DNA of 64,000 nucleotides from Tubulanus polymorphus (taxonomy: Eukaryota > Animalia > Nemertea). The stretch lies in the NCBI RefSeq assembly GCF_964204645.1, contig NC_134029.1, positions 5,456,001 to 5,520,000 on the forward strand. The letters run 5' to 3'. Positions 32,701-45,544 of this stretch are shown in pieces (position 1 is the stretch's first letter; every line of letters starts with the position of its first letter). A model generated the notes under the pieces. The model saw nothing but the letters and a program-made list of their open reading frames with translations, did not search any database and had not been told where the DNA came from. Position numbers and translations under genes: made by a program.

Positions 32701-35700
32701 AATAGTACGCATACATCGCATTTCAAAAGAGACCAAATATGTACTGGTGATACAAATTACACATCATGTCATGACAAATGTTCAGAGATATCTCTCTACA
32801 TCCACTAGTCCTGCTGATTATTATGCATTTCCTTGTAATATGTCTGAATATTTGATATATCGATAATGAGTTCGGAATTTTTCATTGAGAAAGTCCTCAT
32901 AATCTGTAATGATGTAATCTTGTGGACGCATCCATGTACAGGTATCTGAAAATTAACATTCTTCTCATATATTTCAGGTTATGTATTCATGGATAATATG
33001 GGTCCGGATTTCCGAGATGGTGAATCGTTCTTCTCTGTATTTTCAATATTTTTCCCGGCGGCGACTGGAATTTTGGCCGGCGCGAACATATCCGGCGATT
33101 TGAACGTGAGTTTGCGATTTGTATCGCTCCGTCCATTGTGTAACAAACACGCGTTCACAAGATTGATAGATTAGTTCAGTAGATTTATAGATTAGTTCGC
33201 TTGATTGATAGATTGATGAAACCTGCAAATTACAAATAGCTTACACAAGATTGTGAACGGTAGATTAACGCGGCGAGCTGAATTAGATATGACTGGTGTG
33301 TGATGTGATGCAGTAAGAGGCTTCCCATTCTAATCTTGTTGTATCTTGTTGTAATCAGATTGTTACCTCATTTACAACTGGGAGTTTCACTAATTTGATA
33401 AATTTTCTTCCAGTTGCTCTTGAAGGTTACATTGCTGCCACTCCTTCGTGAAACTAAGATTAAAAGAAACATTCAAAGATTTATACCAGATCGGATCGAT
33501 GAATTTAAAGTGAATTCATGGATGAGATCTATTATTTTTAATGCTATTGAAATGCTGTCGTTGTGAAGTAACAGTTACTTCTTTAGCGTTCAATTTCCTG
33601 TGTATACCAAAAACTATAAAATGAAAATCTTACTGTAGGGTTACTGTTTTTTATAGGATGCTCAAAAAGCAATACCGAAAGGAACGTTACTAGCCATTTT
33701 GCTCAGTACAATAGTGTATTTGTTTATGGCCTGGTTGTGTGGCTCAATTGTCGTCCGAGACGCGATCGGACCTGTTGCCGTGGCTGCGGCGAATGCAACA
33801 ATCAGTTTAAACTCGACGGATGCAACTCCTCCAGTCGTCAGTTCCAATCAAACTCAGTGTCTTCCCGGGCAATGTCAATATGGACTTATGAATAATATGC
33901 AGGTATGTATTGAGAGCACTTAAGTGGTTAAAACCATCGGTTTCTCGTGTACTGATTGTTATTTCTGTTTAAGCTCTCATCAGCACGCCGTTTTGGCATT
34001 GTTTGTTTGGCTGTTTCCAGATGGCAGCACTTCTCAGACGTTCTAATAAATATTTTCAGGTGATGGAAATGGTTTCAGGATTTGGACCATTGATTACAGC
34101 TGGGATATTTTCAGCGACCCTTTCCTCCGCTCTGGCTAGTCTAATTGGTGCTCCGAAAGTCTTTCAGGTATTAAAACATACAAAGATAATCTATCTTCCT
34201 GACAATAATGTGTATCCCTTGTTGTGATCCCACAGTCAAGAATTCAAGTTCATTACATCTTTGTGGTGTCTGTGTTATTTTCAGGCTGTCTGTAAAGACC
34301 GTATATTTCCAAAAATACATGTGTTTGCGAAAGGCTATGGAAAAAGTGGAGAACCATTCCGTGCTTACATGCTTACATTCGGAATCGCCTTAGGTTTCAT
34401 CGCTATTGGTAAGTTTTGGAATAGACTGTTTTGAGAAATGACTCGACCTCAGCACCAAGTCACTGTGTATAATCATAACTATTCATTGCAGGGGAACTGA
34501 ATGCAATCGCTCCAATTATTTCGAACTTTTTCCTGATGGCGTACGCGCTGATCAACTATTCGTGTTTCGATGCTTCGTTGGCAAAATCACCAGGTGAATA
34601 TTATATACTGTGGAGATATTGCATGCACTGTACACTCCTGCTTGCCGAGAGGCAGGCAACTCCAAAACGAAAAAAATTCATAAGCATCAAATATCCCATG
34701 AATTTATGCTTCCCTCCTGAGCGGGGAAGGTTAAGAAATGTTATGAAGTCATTTTGGAACATAAACTCAAATATACTAAACTAATAATGAATGGTTGGAG
34801 ATTTTTACTACAGCAAAAATAGTGTCATTGCATCAACCTCGATTATTTTTAGGTTGGCGGCCGGCCTTCAAGTATTACTCGATGTGGATAAGTTTATTGG
34901 GAGCGGGATTATGTTTAGGAGTTATGTTTGTCATAAACTGGTGGTGCGCTCTTATAACATTTGTTATAGTAGCAGGATTTTATGTATATATACATTACAC
35001 TAAACCAGGTATTTATGTTAATAATGATTGCTTGCTATCAAACCGGGGCCCTGTTACTGGGGAAACGACATTATTCGTAAAAATGAATAAATCTATGTTT
35101 CAGATGTAAATTGGGGATCATCTACTCAAGCTCACATGTACAGAAATGCTTTACAAACCAGTTTGAAACTGATGTCCGTTTTAGACCACGTAAAAAATTT
35201 CCGGTTTGTTTTCTTTAAATTACTTTAAGCCTTGTAAAATGAAGAATTGTAATATCCTTGTTTATCAAAAGTCAGAATTCAAAAATCAAGAATTAGTAAC
35301 CGAAATTGAAAACTATTATCAGTCAATGGGTTAATCAATTATTTTCTTCTCTTTTTAGACCACAAATTTTAGTGCTGTCTGGTTACCCAGGCAGTAGACC
35401 AGCGCTGGTAGACTTCGCAAACAATATCACTAAAAATTTGAGTCTGTTAGTTGTCGGTGATATCATATCTCAGGTATGACTTCAATTGCTTAAAAAGTAC
35501 ACTTTTTGAAAATAAGTATAGCCATATTTTATCGCCTACATTTAAAGTGCTTTTGATATTTCGTTTTGAATCTGTGTATATAGTTTTGGGTTTGAATTCA
35601 TTGTTAGTATAAGTTTTCAAAATTTTAGTTCATAGTCGTGTGTTCTACACCTAGATTATTATACATAGTAAGTGTATTGTATCTAGTTCTGGTGTGACTT

Positions 35701-38700
35701 CACAAGTATGACTCCCCAAACGAATATCCCTTGGCACGCTGAATTAGGAATAGAAGTAACAGCTTCGTTTTTAGTTTGAAAATATGCTGATTTGATTAAC
35801 AAAAGGCAGTTCGGACACTTAAAAAAACATACGAGCGTCTACTAATGTGACTTTCAGCTATTAGCTAATCTGTTTAGCTTTGACTCCAGTAGTTGTAGGG
35901 CTGTAAATGAGCTGATTTGATGTATGTTAATTGTTTAAAATGTTCTTGTTTATTTTTGCATTGTTTATGTAGAAAACTTGGCTAGATGTAGCTTTATGGC
36001 ATGTAAGTTAAAACAAACACAAAGATGACTTTGTGCGTAACTGTGCAGTGTAGTCAGACGTTCATTGTAACAAGAATCATTTATAAAAGACCTCTAACAC
36101 CTGGGAAGGGAAACCAACTTAGCACCTGATATTTTTTTTCACAAATATAAAGAATAGCCAATTCTGATTTTCACATGATTACTGAATGTTTGGAATTCTA
36201 TGTGTGACTTTTTGCTTTAAAACTAAGGTTGATTCATTTATATTTAGTGCTAGAACTATTCAATTAACTTGTTGGAAGTGCTTGGTTATTTGAAATACTT
36301 AGACCTTAAATCAAATTGTCACACTAAATTCATCATTTAGTCTGTTTTCTACAGTGGTAAATTCGAGAATAGATTCAGTATGACTAATTCAGCACAGACA
36401 CATATCTTAACACGACCCTGCGTCATATTGATTGGTTTTCAAATAGTAAACCAGCTGTAGAAAAGGCTGTGCAATTTTCAGTATTCTAACCCATTGGTAA
36501 GAGTTAACACCAATAACAATAATTTTCAGAGACCATTCTTATTTTATTGGTTTGATGTAAGTTTTATTTCATTGAGATACCAAGGCTGGCAACATTTGAG
36601 AGAAATTTGGGATTCGTGTGTGTGCGTACTGCCGTGATATGGTTATTGACATTCTGCAGGTCTCCTTTAACTGTTCAGAAAATCTTTTTTTGGCAACAAG
36701 CATTTTTACCCTTTAATGCATGTATGTTCCTTGAAAGGCCATCGATGAAGTATGCCAATTTTTACCCATACACATATGAAGGTCCTATCTTTGAAATGAA
36801 TAAATGTGTATACTTTATGAATGCCTCTTAAGATTCAGATCCTATGTCATAGGATCGTCCTACCTCGGGTCAGGCATCCTGATTACCCATTCCTTAATGT
36901 CTCTTGTACATCATGAATTTAGCACTTAGCGGTGGTTTCAAGGTATGACTTTCTGCATGTTTGCATCAAGGATTGTGAACTTTGGCATGCAACCTATTTA
37001 GAACCATGAAGAAGAGATGTCTAACTTAATTCTAGTACGTGTAGAGATAAAATATCAGAAATAAGCTAAAATCTTATGTATCGCGTCGGTAAGCCATCCA
37101 CAACCCAACTTAGCAACCGGCCTATTTATTAATTCGCGCATGTCTTCAATGGATTTACCATTGCGTAACGTTTTCATCTTTCCTTCTCTATAGGAGAAAC
37201 ACGAGAATCAGGTATCATCTAAAGAGCTACATGAAATCATACAGCAGGCTTATCGCTGGTTACACAGTCGTAAAATCAAAGGGTTTTATAACGCGATCAC
37301 GTCTAATAACTTCGAAATTGGAGCTCGATCGCTTTTACAGGTAATTACGACGATTCATTTTCACGACATGTACTTTTATTGATGAAGTAAAAAGTATGTT
37401 ATTCGTAGAAAAGGTTTTCACTTGAACGTAATGTTTTTTGCTGTAGACAACTGGTATGGGTAAACTGCGACCGAATACATTATTGATGGGATTCAAGAGT
37501 AATTGGTTGAAAGTGAAACCACAAGAAGTACTTGAATACTTCACTGTCGTTCAGTAAGTAGTATCTTATTTTCACAGTAAACACTGTTCCAAAATTAGAG
37601 AGTTCGGCATTTTAGATACAGTGGACCGCTTATCTTACTGTTACTGTGAAAACTACGATCAGTGAATTTTATAATAGAGACTCAATATCTCTTTCAATTC
37701 TTATTCTGGTTAACTCTTTCTTATGGTTCTTGAGGTTTTGACTGTAGTTCTTTTAAGCTATTTCTGACTTAAACCCTCGAATATTCCATATTTCAGTGAG
37801 GCATTTGATATGAACTATGGTGTCGGTATACTAAGGGTTTGCGAAGGATTCGATTGCTCTGATCATCATATTGAGATCGAAGTTGACGACTCGGGAGAAG
37901 GTAAAATCTTTTAATCTTTTCATCGAAAATATTCCCAATAGTTCAGCGAGGTGCTTTGGTATATGAGTAATGTTTGAAATTCTACTTTGCAGAGAGCAGC
38001 GCTGAAGAGCAAGAAGCGAATGCAACCGAGAGCTCGAAGGAACATTCGCTAACGAAATCTACGAAAACTGAGGAATCTATTCCGTTATCTCCGCTAAAAT
38101 CTACCGAATCGGTCGAAAATAGCGAAGATGAAATCGACAGCAAGGATAACCGTGAAGAAGAACTGGCGATGTCGGATGTCGGTACAATCGAGAGCGAGGC
38201 CAGCACGAAGAAATCTGTACGTCGCAAGTCGATAAAAATTGCTCAGATAAATCAGGACGTGCTGCGTACGGTGAATATGTTCCATCGCAAACAGAAAAAA
38301 GGCACTATCGATGTTTGGTGGTTGTTCGATGATGGAGGTAAGTTTTATTGAGCTAATTCCACAATATTTATATTGTAAAGATTCATCTCATTTCATGCTC
38401 CCTATTTTGATCTGTCTACAGGTTTAACATTGTTGTTGCCGTATATACTGTCGACTAAGTCGCACTGGAGGTCTTGTAAATTACGAGTTTTTACAGCCGG
38501 CAAAAAGATGGGTGAATTAGATCATGATCAAAGAAAGTAAGTTCATTCCTTTTCTTGGTGATGATCTTTTCTCGTCGTACAGTTGAATCTGCCTTGCTTT
38601 GGGTACTTAAGTGTCATTAATTGAGCGTATTCAATACACATTTCTCTGTTTGTTTTCAGTATGGCAGCTTTGTTGAGTAAATTTCGTATAGAATATTCAA

Positions 38701-39448
38701 GTATGACTGTGATACCGGATATTGGAAGAAAACCGAAATCAGAAAGGTATGTGTTTAATTCTATGGGAGATACTACTATACTTGTCAAAGTAAAAAAAGG
38801 AACTTATGAAAAATCCCATTAATTTGTTTTTTTTTTTTTTAGTAAGGAAGAATTTGACTTGATGTTAAGCGATTGGCTAGCTAAGGATAACAAGGATCCC
38901 GAATCGTGGCAGATTACGCAATCAGAACTAGTTATGCATAAAGAGAAAGTAAGCATTCAGAGAAAAGATACCGCAATTCTAAATTGAAAGATGAATTAAT
39001 TTGTTTTGACGGTTATAAGAGCCATTTTCATTAATTTATTGTGCTTTGCTTTTATGCGACTATTGGAAGAATATATTTAATTAGCTGTGCCGGTAATTTT
39101 CAGACCAATCGTCATATACGTCTACGAGAATTGTTAAAAGAACATTCATCAGAAGCATCTCTTATCGTAATGTAAGTGATAATTTGAGCAGTAGAATAGC
39201 CTTGAGTGTGATTCCATGCTGAATTCCAAAGAATTTAGTTTGTTTTTGAAAGCCTTTTGATTAATTGTTTCATGAAATATTCACGTATTCAGTTATTTCA
39301 TCTGTTTTTCAGGACTTTGCCGATTCCTCGGAAAGGTACCACGCCGGCTGGTCTGTACATGGCTTGGTTAGATATACTTACTAAAGATATGCCACCCATA
39401 CTGCTGCTGAGAGGAAACCAAACTAGTGTACTTACGTATTATTCCTAG
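20718..39448 (+). CDS. SLC12A2: Na-K-2Cl cotransporter (NKCC-type SLC12A), about 23 exons
   Basis: Exons ~20718-21188, 23649-23771, 25277-25448, 28777-28916, 30005-30115, 31414-31525, 32978-33105, 33657-33902, 34040-34147, 34285-34408, 34492-34593, 34853-35008, 35104-35203, 35360-35473, 37195-37340, 37447-37553, 37797-37900, 37992-38337, 38422-38536, 38660-38746, 38842-38948, 39103-39171, 39313-39448. Motifs: [97 protein letters not shown]. Confidence 0.95.
23293..23490. mobile_element. Tc1/pogo-like MITE
   Basis: TA|cagtaaacct...aggtttacta terminal inverted repeat in SLC12A intron 1. Confidence 0.55.
30370..30603. mobile_element. PIF/Harbinger-like MITE with CAG target-site duplication, nested in an older IR-bounded element (~30262-30849)
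   Basis: cag|ggccaacttcggttttcg...cgataaccgaagaaggcc|cag (15/18 TIR match, 3-bp direct repeat). The outer degenerate IR is aatgacttaagcctagctcaggttgact / agttgacttgagttaggctttaatcat. Confidence 0.7.
31904..31972. mobile_element. Very short MITE of the CAGGGTGGCCAC family
   Basis: cagggttgccact...agtagccaccctg. Related ends are seen at ~5170 (tggccaccctg), ~24011 (cagggtgactac) and ~29490 (tggccaccctg). Confidence 0.6.
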
Positions 39449-42400
39449 AAATGTAATGAATATTGTCATCCAGTTTTTGAAACATGATGCCACATTGGAA
39501 AGCTGTTTTAGATTATTTGAATATGTTCAGAGTTCCAGAATGTTGGCTGTTGTCAAGAGGTTTTTATAAAGCATCACGCGTGAAATTGAAGCGTTTTGAA
39601 GCTATGGTATTTGAATTCGTTAATAATCTAGAACCATTTATGATGAGGGCATTTCATAATGTTGAGTAAGGAAACTTGATATTTTAGATTCCAATACTTT
39701 TTCCTAGTCAAAAATGTTTATGTCCGATATGGTATAATTCAGCATTAGAATTAGAAGTCAGGGTTTGATAAGTGTAAATCTCTTTGGCTGTGGTTCATCA
39801 GTCGTACTGTAATTGTAAAAATGCATTTGAAAATGCTCTTGAATTTTATATAATGCCAGTAATTATTAGGGGTAAAATATCTGTAATAATCATGATTAGT
39901 AATTGTGCACTGTTCGTCATTTTTAAGACTGTGATATGAAAAAATGTGATCTTATTCATATGAAATGAATTGTCGTCGAGTTTGGAGTAACGTTTCCGAA
40001 TAATTTGTTGTAATTAGATTAGTGTGAAAAGATTTCTGCTAATGAAATGCTGAAACATATAGTCGTCAGTTTCAAAGAGGAGGTATTGAACTAAAGACTG
40101 TCTTAATGAATAATCATGTAGGTAACAAATTCAAATTTTGACCTGAAGCAGTCCTGTAGCGAAGAGGTTCAAATAAATCCGCAATAAATTTAGCTCCGAT
40201 TTTTGATAAAAAAAATCATTAAGCAAAAATGAGAATTACACTTACAACTATTACAACATACATGTACCGGTATGTTACAAAGATACATGCTTATTGAATT
40301 TGTTCATTTCTTTCGAACTACCTTGCAATTGTATCAATGGAAATTGCTCATATCTGAGCATAAAAGATGTTTTCTAGGCAAGGGCCCACAGTTCCAACCA
40401 AATTAAAACAAACCCACCCACAAATTCCTCGTGCTGCAGGCCTGAACTGTAGTCAATTATGATTATTTGCTGAGTGGTGATCTTCACATTTGCAGTGACT
40501 TGAAATGATTCCCTGAAGGGCTTCGTGTAATCAGACCCTGGGTGGTAAAAGTACGACCGAGCCTATGAAACTTTTTGATATTAGGATTGAAACGAAATTG
40601 TGATATTAGATGAATAATTAGGACAAAATCTGCAAAAAAGTAGGTCGTAAGAATCATAAGACGTTTAATATATATCCATCCACAATGTTTGTAAAATACT
40701 GACAAGAATCTCATGTCGATTTATATGTCGTGAAATGATTTTTTTCACGGAAAGATCGAGTCTTTCAACCGTGTACGCGGGGAGAGAAATATATAAACTC
40801 AATGTGTCGTAGAATACCAGAATTTTCTATCATTGTATCATCATTCAAAATATTGCATTAGCTGATAAATTATCTGATATGGCTTAAGAGATAATTGCTG
40901 GGACCTACTACGCTTTTGAAATTGTAAACATATATATATATATATATGAAATTATGTACTAATAATGATTGGTGCTTGTATACCCCTTTAAGTTTCATCA
41001 TATTCCTGAATTTCGTTAATGTTTATCGGTTCAATTGCGAGTTTCGTGTTTTAAGTTCAGCAGACAAACGCTCATTGTATTCAAGATACAGTTACATGTA
41101 CTTAATCATCAGTGATTTTACCTTGAGAGGAACGCGTATCGTTATGGTGAAGTTAACGATGATCACTTCTCTGTAAGATGGCGCCGCAATTTAACTTTGT
41201 TTCTGCTGTTTTGTCTTTGGCGTGACAGTGTGAATTCACTCAGGGAGTTAGGAACCTCCCCGCTTCGCTAAATCCTCCCTGCTGTTGTCGTTTGTGAACC
41301 AGCAGAATAGCTATTTGGGTTGAAATCCTCGGAACCTAATGGTTTATGGGACATTGTCCTACAAAATGTTATCAATTTCCTTGTGGATATAATAGAAATC
41401 GTTTGATTAAAATTAAAATAGTTCTGGTTGTAACTGGTTCCACTGTTTGAAATCAATGGGGTCATATTGTTGCATATGTAATCCGTTTTTGTCATACACG
41501 TCAATTTTACGTATTAATTGTTTATTTTAATTGAGAATATCCAATTTAGTCAAGCTTTTTTTTCTTAGAATAGGTGATGGGTGCTTTTTTGATCGAAAAT
41601 TTCTGCGGAATAATTATTCTAAAAGTGCCCTAGTGCGTATAAAACTTTAAGCTTTAAAGCCTTTTTACGGAATATTCAGATCCGTTAAAGTTAAACATAT
41701 ACTTTATTCTGCTTGAATTTATTGTTTTGTTCATAAGACGCTCAAATCTTATCGGGTCCACAGTTGAGTACCTGAATACTGAATTAGATATGTTGTATTT
41801 TATACTAATTAAAAGTGATGCATTTTAGTAATAAAAACATCGTGAAAACTTATCTACTCTATGGTTTTTTTGGTCGTGTTTTGTTTTTCGCGTTGCTGGA
41901 GAGATGATTCAAATCGTTCGGGTTCAATCTGTATCAATCAACTTGGAATAACGCAGAGTTCCTGTTTGAAGTCAACACAACTATCTGTCAACCAATTGTA
42001 CATCGATATACTCTCGCCATTTCCTCTCGACATTTTACATTAGCGACCAGTTTTTATTCGCTGTAACTTCACCAGGGAGGTGCTGCATTTCCTGCGGCTT
42101 GCGCATGACAGTCAATAGTAAAACAAATTGAGATAGTTGCAGACTTTCAGTGTCGGAGATCTTGCATTAGAATATTATGAATATCTACATGCAATTACTT
42201 ATCAGTTAATACTACGCAGGTCTAGCAAAGCGCAAAGGCCGCATTACGGTGGTACCAAAAGAAAATGTAACGAAGGAAAGGAAAATGGATACAGAAAATT
42301 AGTATTCAACGATAACTAGCTCAAGATAGTAGTAGTAACGTGTATGACGAATATAGGCGTTCTAACAAGTCATCAGTGTCTTCTTGACCGTTAAGTGCTG

Positions 42401-44987
42401 CCCCAAAATATATCGTTATCGGTGAATACGTGAACTAATTCGGCTGCACAATATTCCTACTGTGGCGAGCGAATAATAGATTGGTTCACATATTCACCGC
42501 CAACGAGATGATGCGCTGCTCTATGACGTCATGATTCTCCGGGAATTATCGCCTAGTTCATTTCAGTACATGTATACCATAACATGTTGATCTTTTTAGT
42601 GGACCTGGCATCTGATTGTCCTCAATCAAGTAATCAAATATATTAATGAATATAAACACATTGCTATCAGTCAAATAAACAATTTATTATGTATGACATT
42701 AATACTGTATATACATAATAATGTGACAACGGTTCATTATAGTCATTTAACAAGTTTTTCATGAAGGGGTGAACAAAAATCTGATATTTCATTTTGGGTG
42801 TTTATGATTAGAAGTGCTGTAAAGTCTCAGTGATGTAGCCTCCCGCCCTGTGCCGCGCCCTAGATGGCTGGCAATTTCTTCAATCGTGCATGGAAAAAAA
42901 CATCAATAATCAAATAAAATATATGATATTTCAATATAATAAATGTACATATAACTGAGTACTGTGTTGGAAATAATAAACAATGTATATTCGTCCGTAC
43001 AGGTAACTACTTGCTTAACAGTCCCTTATTCTAAACTTACCCGCCCACGATCCGCAAAAATGCACCCTGAAACCAGTAAAACAATCTAAACACCAGCTGT
43101 CGATAAAACAACCGACACTTCGAGTTCTACCCCCGAAGTGTCATACTCGATTCTCTCAAAATATCATTGATATATCACAATTTAAAAAATCGCACCGGAT
43201 ATACAATATTTATGGAACAACTATCGCCGTGTCCATTTTATCTCGCACGTGACTACATCTGATAAATCCGTGCAGGTTTTCGAGAGATGTACGTATAATA
43301 TTCTTGTGTCATAACACTTGACGTTTTGGTGTACAAAAATATAAACATGTAGAAATACGTATTTTATCAATTTTTTTATCTAAATAGAACACATAGCATA
43401 TATGTATTAGCATCCATACGTTAATGATTAGGGTGATTTCATTTATTAATGCTGATATTCTACATTTGCGAGTGATGAGACTAGTAGTTGACTAGTGGGA
43501 AACTAAACTGATATATTCTACTGGGTGCGGTTCCACTGTTCTGAATGAAATGATGACACCATAAGAGTTAAAGTTAGATAATGAATGCACTAAAATTAAA
43601 CGACGTCAAATTATGACATCAAAATATACGCGAGAAATTACAAAATAATTCTGTCAAAGATGCAAAGATCTCGAATAGTAATGTATAAATATTCGAGCAA
43701 TGTTTCGGCTAAAGAAAAAATACATCTTTACGTACTTCTGCCATTAGCCATCACCAAGACGTTACGGTGATGGCTAATGATGGCTCATAGTTTTCAGCTG
43801 AAACGTTGCTCAAATATATATCTATATACACTTCTATTCAATAACTTTACATCTTTGGCTGAATTATTGTGGGATTTCTTTCGTATATTCATCTTACACG
43901 GATATTGTGCAGATTCTCGATTTATGACGTCAGAATGACGTCTAGTAGACATCAATTGAAAAAACCTTAGATCGTTAGGTGATGAATAGCTGAAGTATGG
44001 ACGGACCACAAAAAAATCGTTAACGTGCCTCAAACGTGGCGACAACAAACAAACTGAAGATTGTCATTATCATTGAAAAAAAAGTTGAGAAATATTGTAA
44101 TCGTGATATTCAAAATTATCCATTCATTAAAACATATGACTGAGGTGACTTAAAAAATGAGGATATGTTAAAGCGAAGCTTCAAAATTTCATGACTAGAC
44201 TTGTGAGGTTGGTGACTACCTGATAAGAAGACCAAACGACTTACTTATTTTGGCTTGAATCCAATACGTATATTATGTATATATGTTTTCCGCGTGTCTG
44301 AAACAGATCAGACGATTTAGTGATTGATATCTATTTATATACATAATACTAATGTGAAGGTTTCGATTAATTGATATACAGCTAGTTACATTTCGTTAAT
44401 AATTTCATTAATTACACATTTATCACAGTCTTAAGTGAAATTCTAACGACGTGTTTTTTACTCGACAATTCTCTAGTTCGATTTTTTCTTTTTCACTTTA
44501 TGAGAAAAAACAAACAGTCGTGTACAGAGAGGTATGCAATTCACATAGTTTAATATACTATCTAGCCTTAAATCTATCAATCAAACGAATTAAACCAACC
44601 ATTACTTTCCATATATACTTCTCAATTTTAAAAAGTCGTTACCAAGATTTGCAATTAAATGTAAATATTCTACTCAATCTCATACATCGATGTTCGGTTT
44701 GCTCACATGAGGGGAAGGAATGGTGTACACTTAATGATTCCCTGATCGAACATACTCAAGCAACCAAGAATGGACGCACACACGCGTGCTTGTGCTTTTA
44801 AGGAAATCTATTTGTGTCATAATTACTCTGCGTAAAAGCACGTTTTGAATCCGTTTGCGTAAATATTTGATAAAATCAAACCCAACTTCAACAAGGAGAG
44901 TAGAAATGTTCTCACAAGGAAATTGAGATACAAACGTTCGACGCAGTTCAGACGAGAAAGACCTATACCGGGACAACACTATTCATA

Positions 44988-45153
44988 CAGTCGAACGTCG
45001 TTAACACGATTCGCTTAGAATACGAAACCCGTTTACTACGATGAGTTCCAGATGCCCGGACTGAGATATTCATATCAATCTACATTTTGGATAACACGAA
45101 ACTTATTTGATGCAACGATTTCCCGCAAGATGCGTATCAATGAGGTTCCACTG
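44988..45153. mobile_element. Tc1/pogo-like MITE in the presumed TRP 3' UTR
   Basis: TA|cagtcgaacgtc...gaggttccactg degenerate TIR, with ends similar to the 16245 element. Confidence 0.55.
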
Positions 45154-45544
45154 TGCTTAGGGAATATTGAATGAACGGCTTAGGATGGAATATCTACTGC
45201 GTTCGGACCTTTTTCTGGCCCATGCGAAGTGATACTTTTTTTTATCGTCCCCAACTTTAAAAGTGTAAAATCGAATTTTAAGTAGCTGTTAAACAAATTC
45301 AATTAATTTGACTAGTTCTGCAATACATTGTACTCCCGCGAACGCAAGATGGTAAAAGATGTATTTTTCGCTTTAAAATCATTCATCACTGTCAATGTCT
45401 ATGACGCCACTTAAAATAAAGAAATTTTTAAAATTTACAACTATTCGTATAGCATAAAAGAAAAAAAATGTCATATACATCATATTCCATTCAGAGATTA
45501 TCACATACTAAGCTTTTTTTCATACGAACACGAACAAATGTTTT

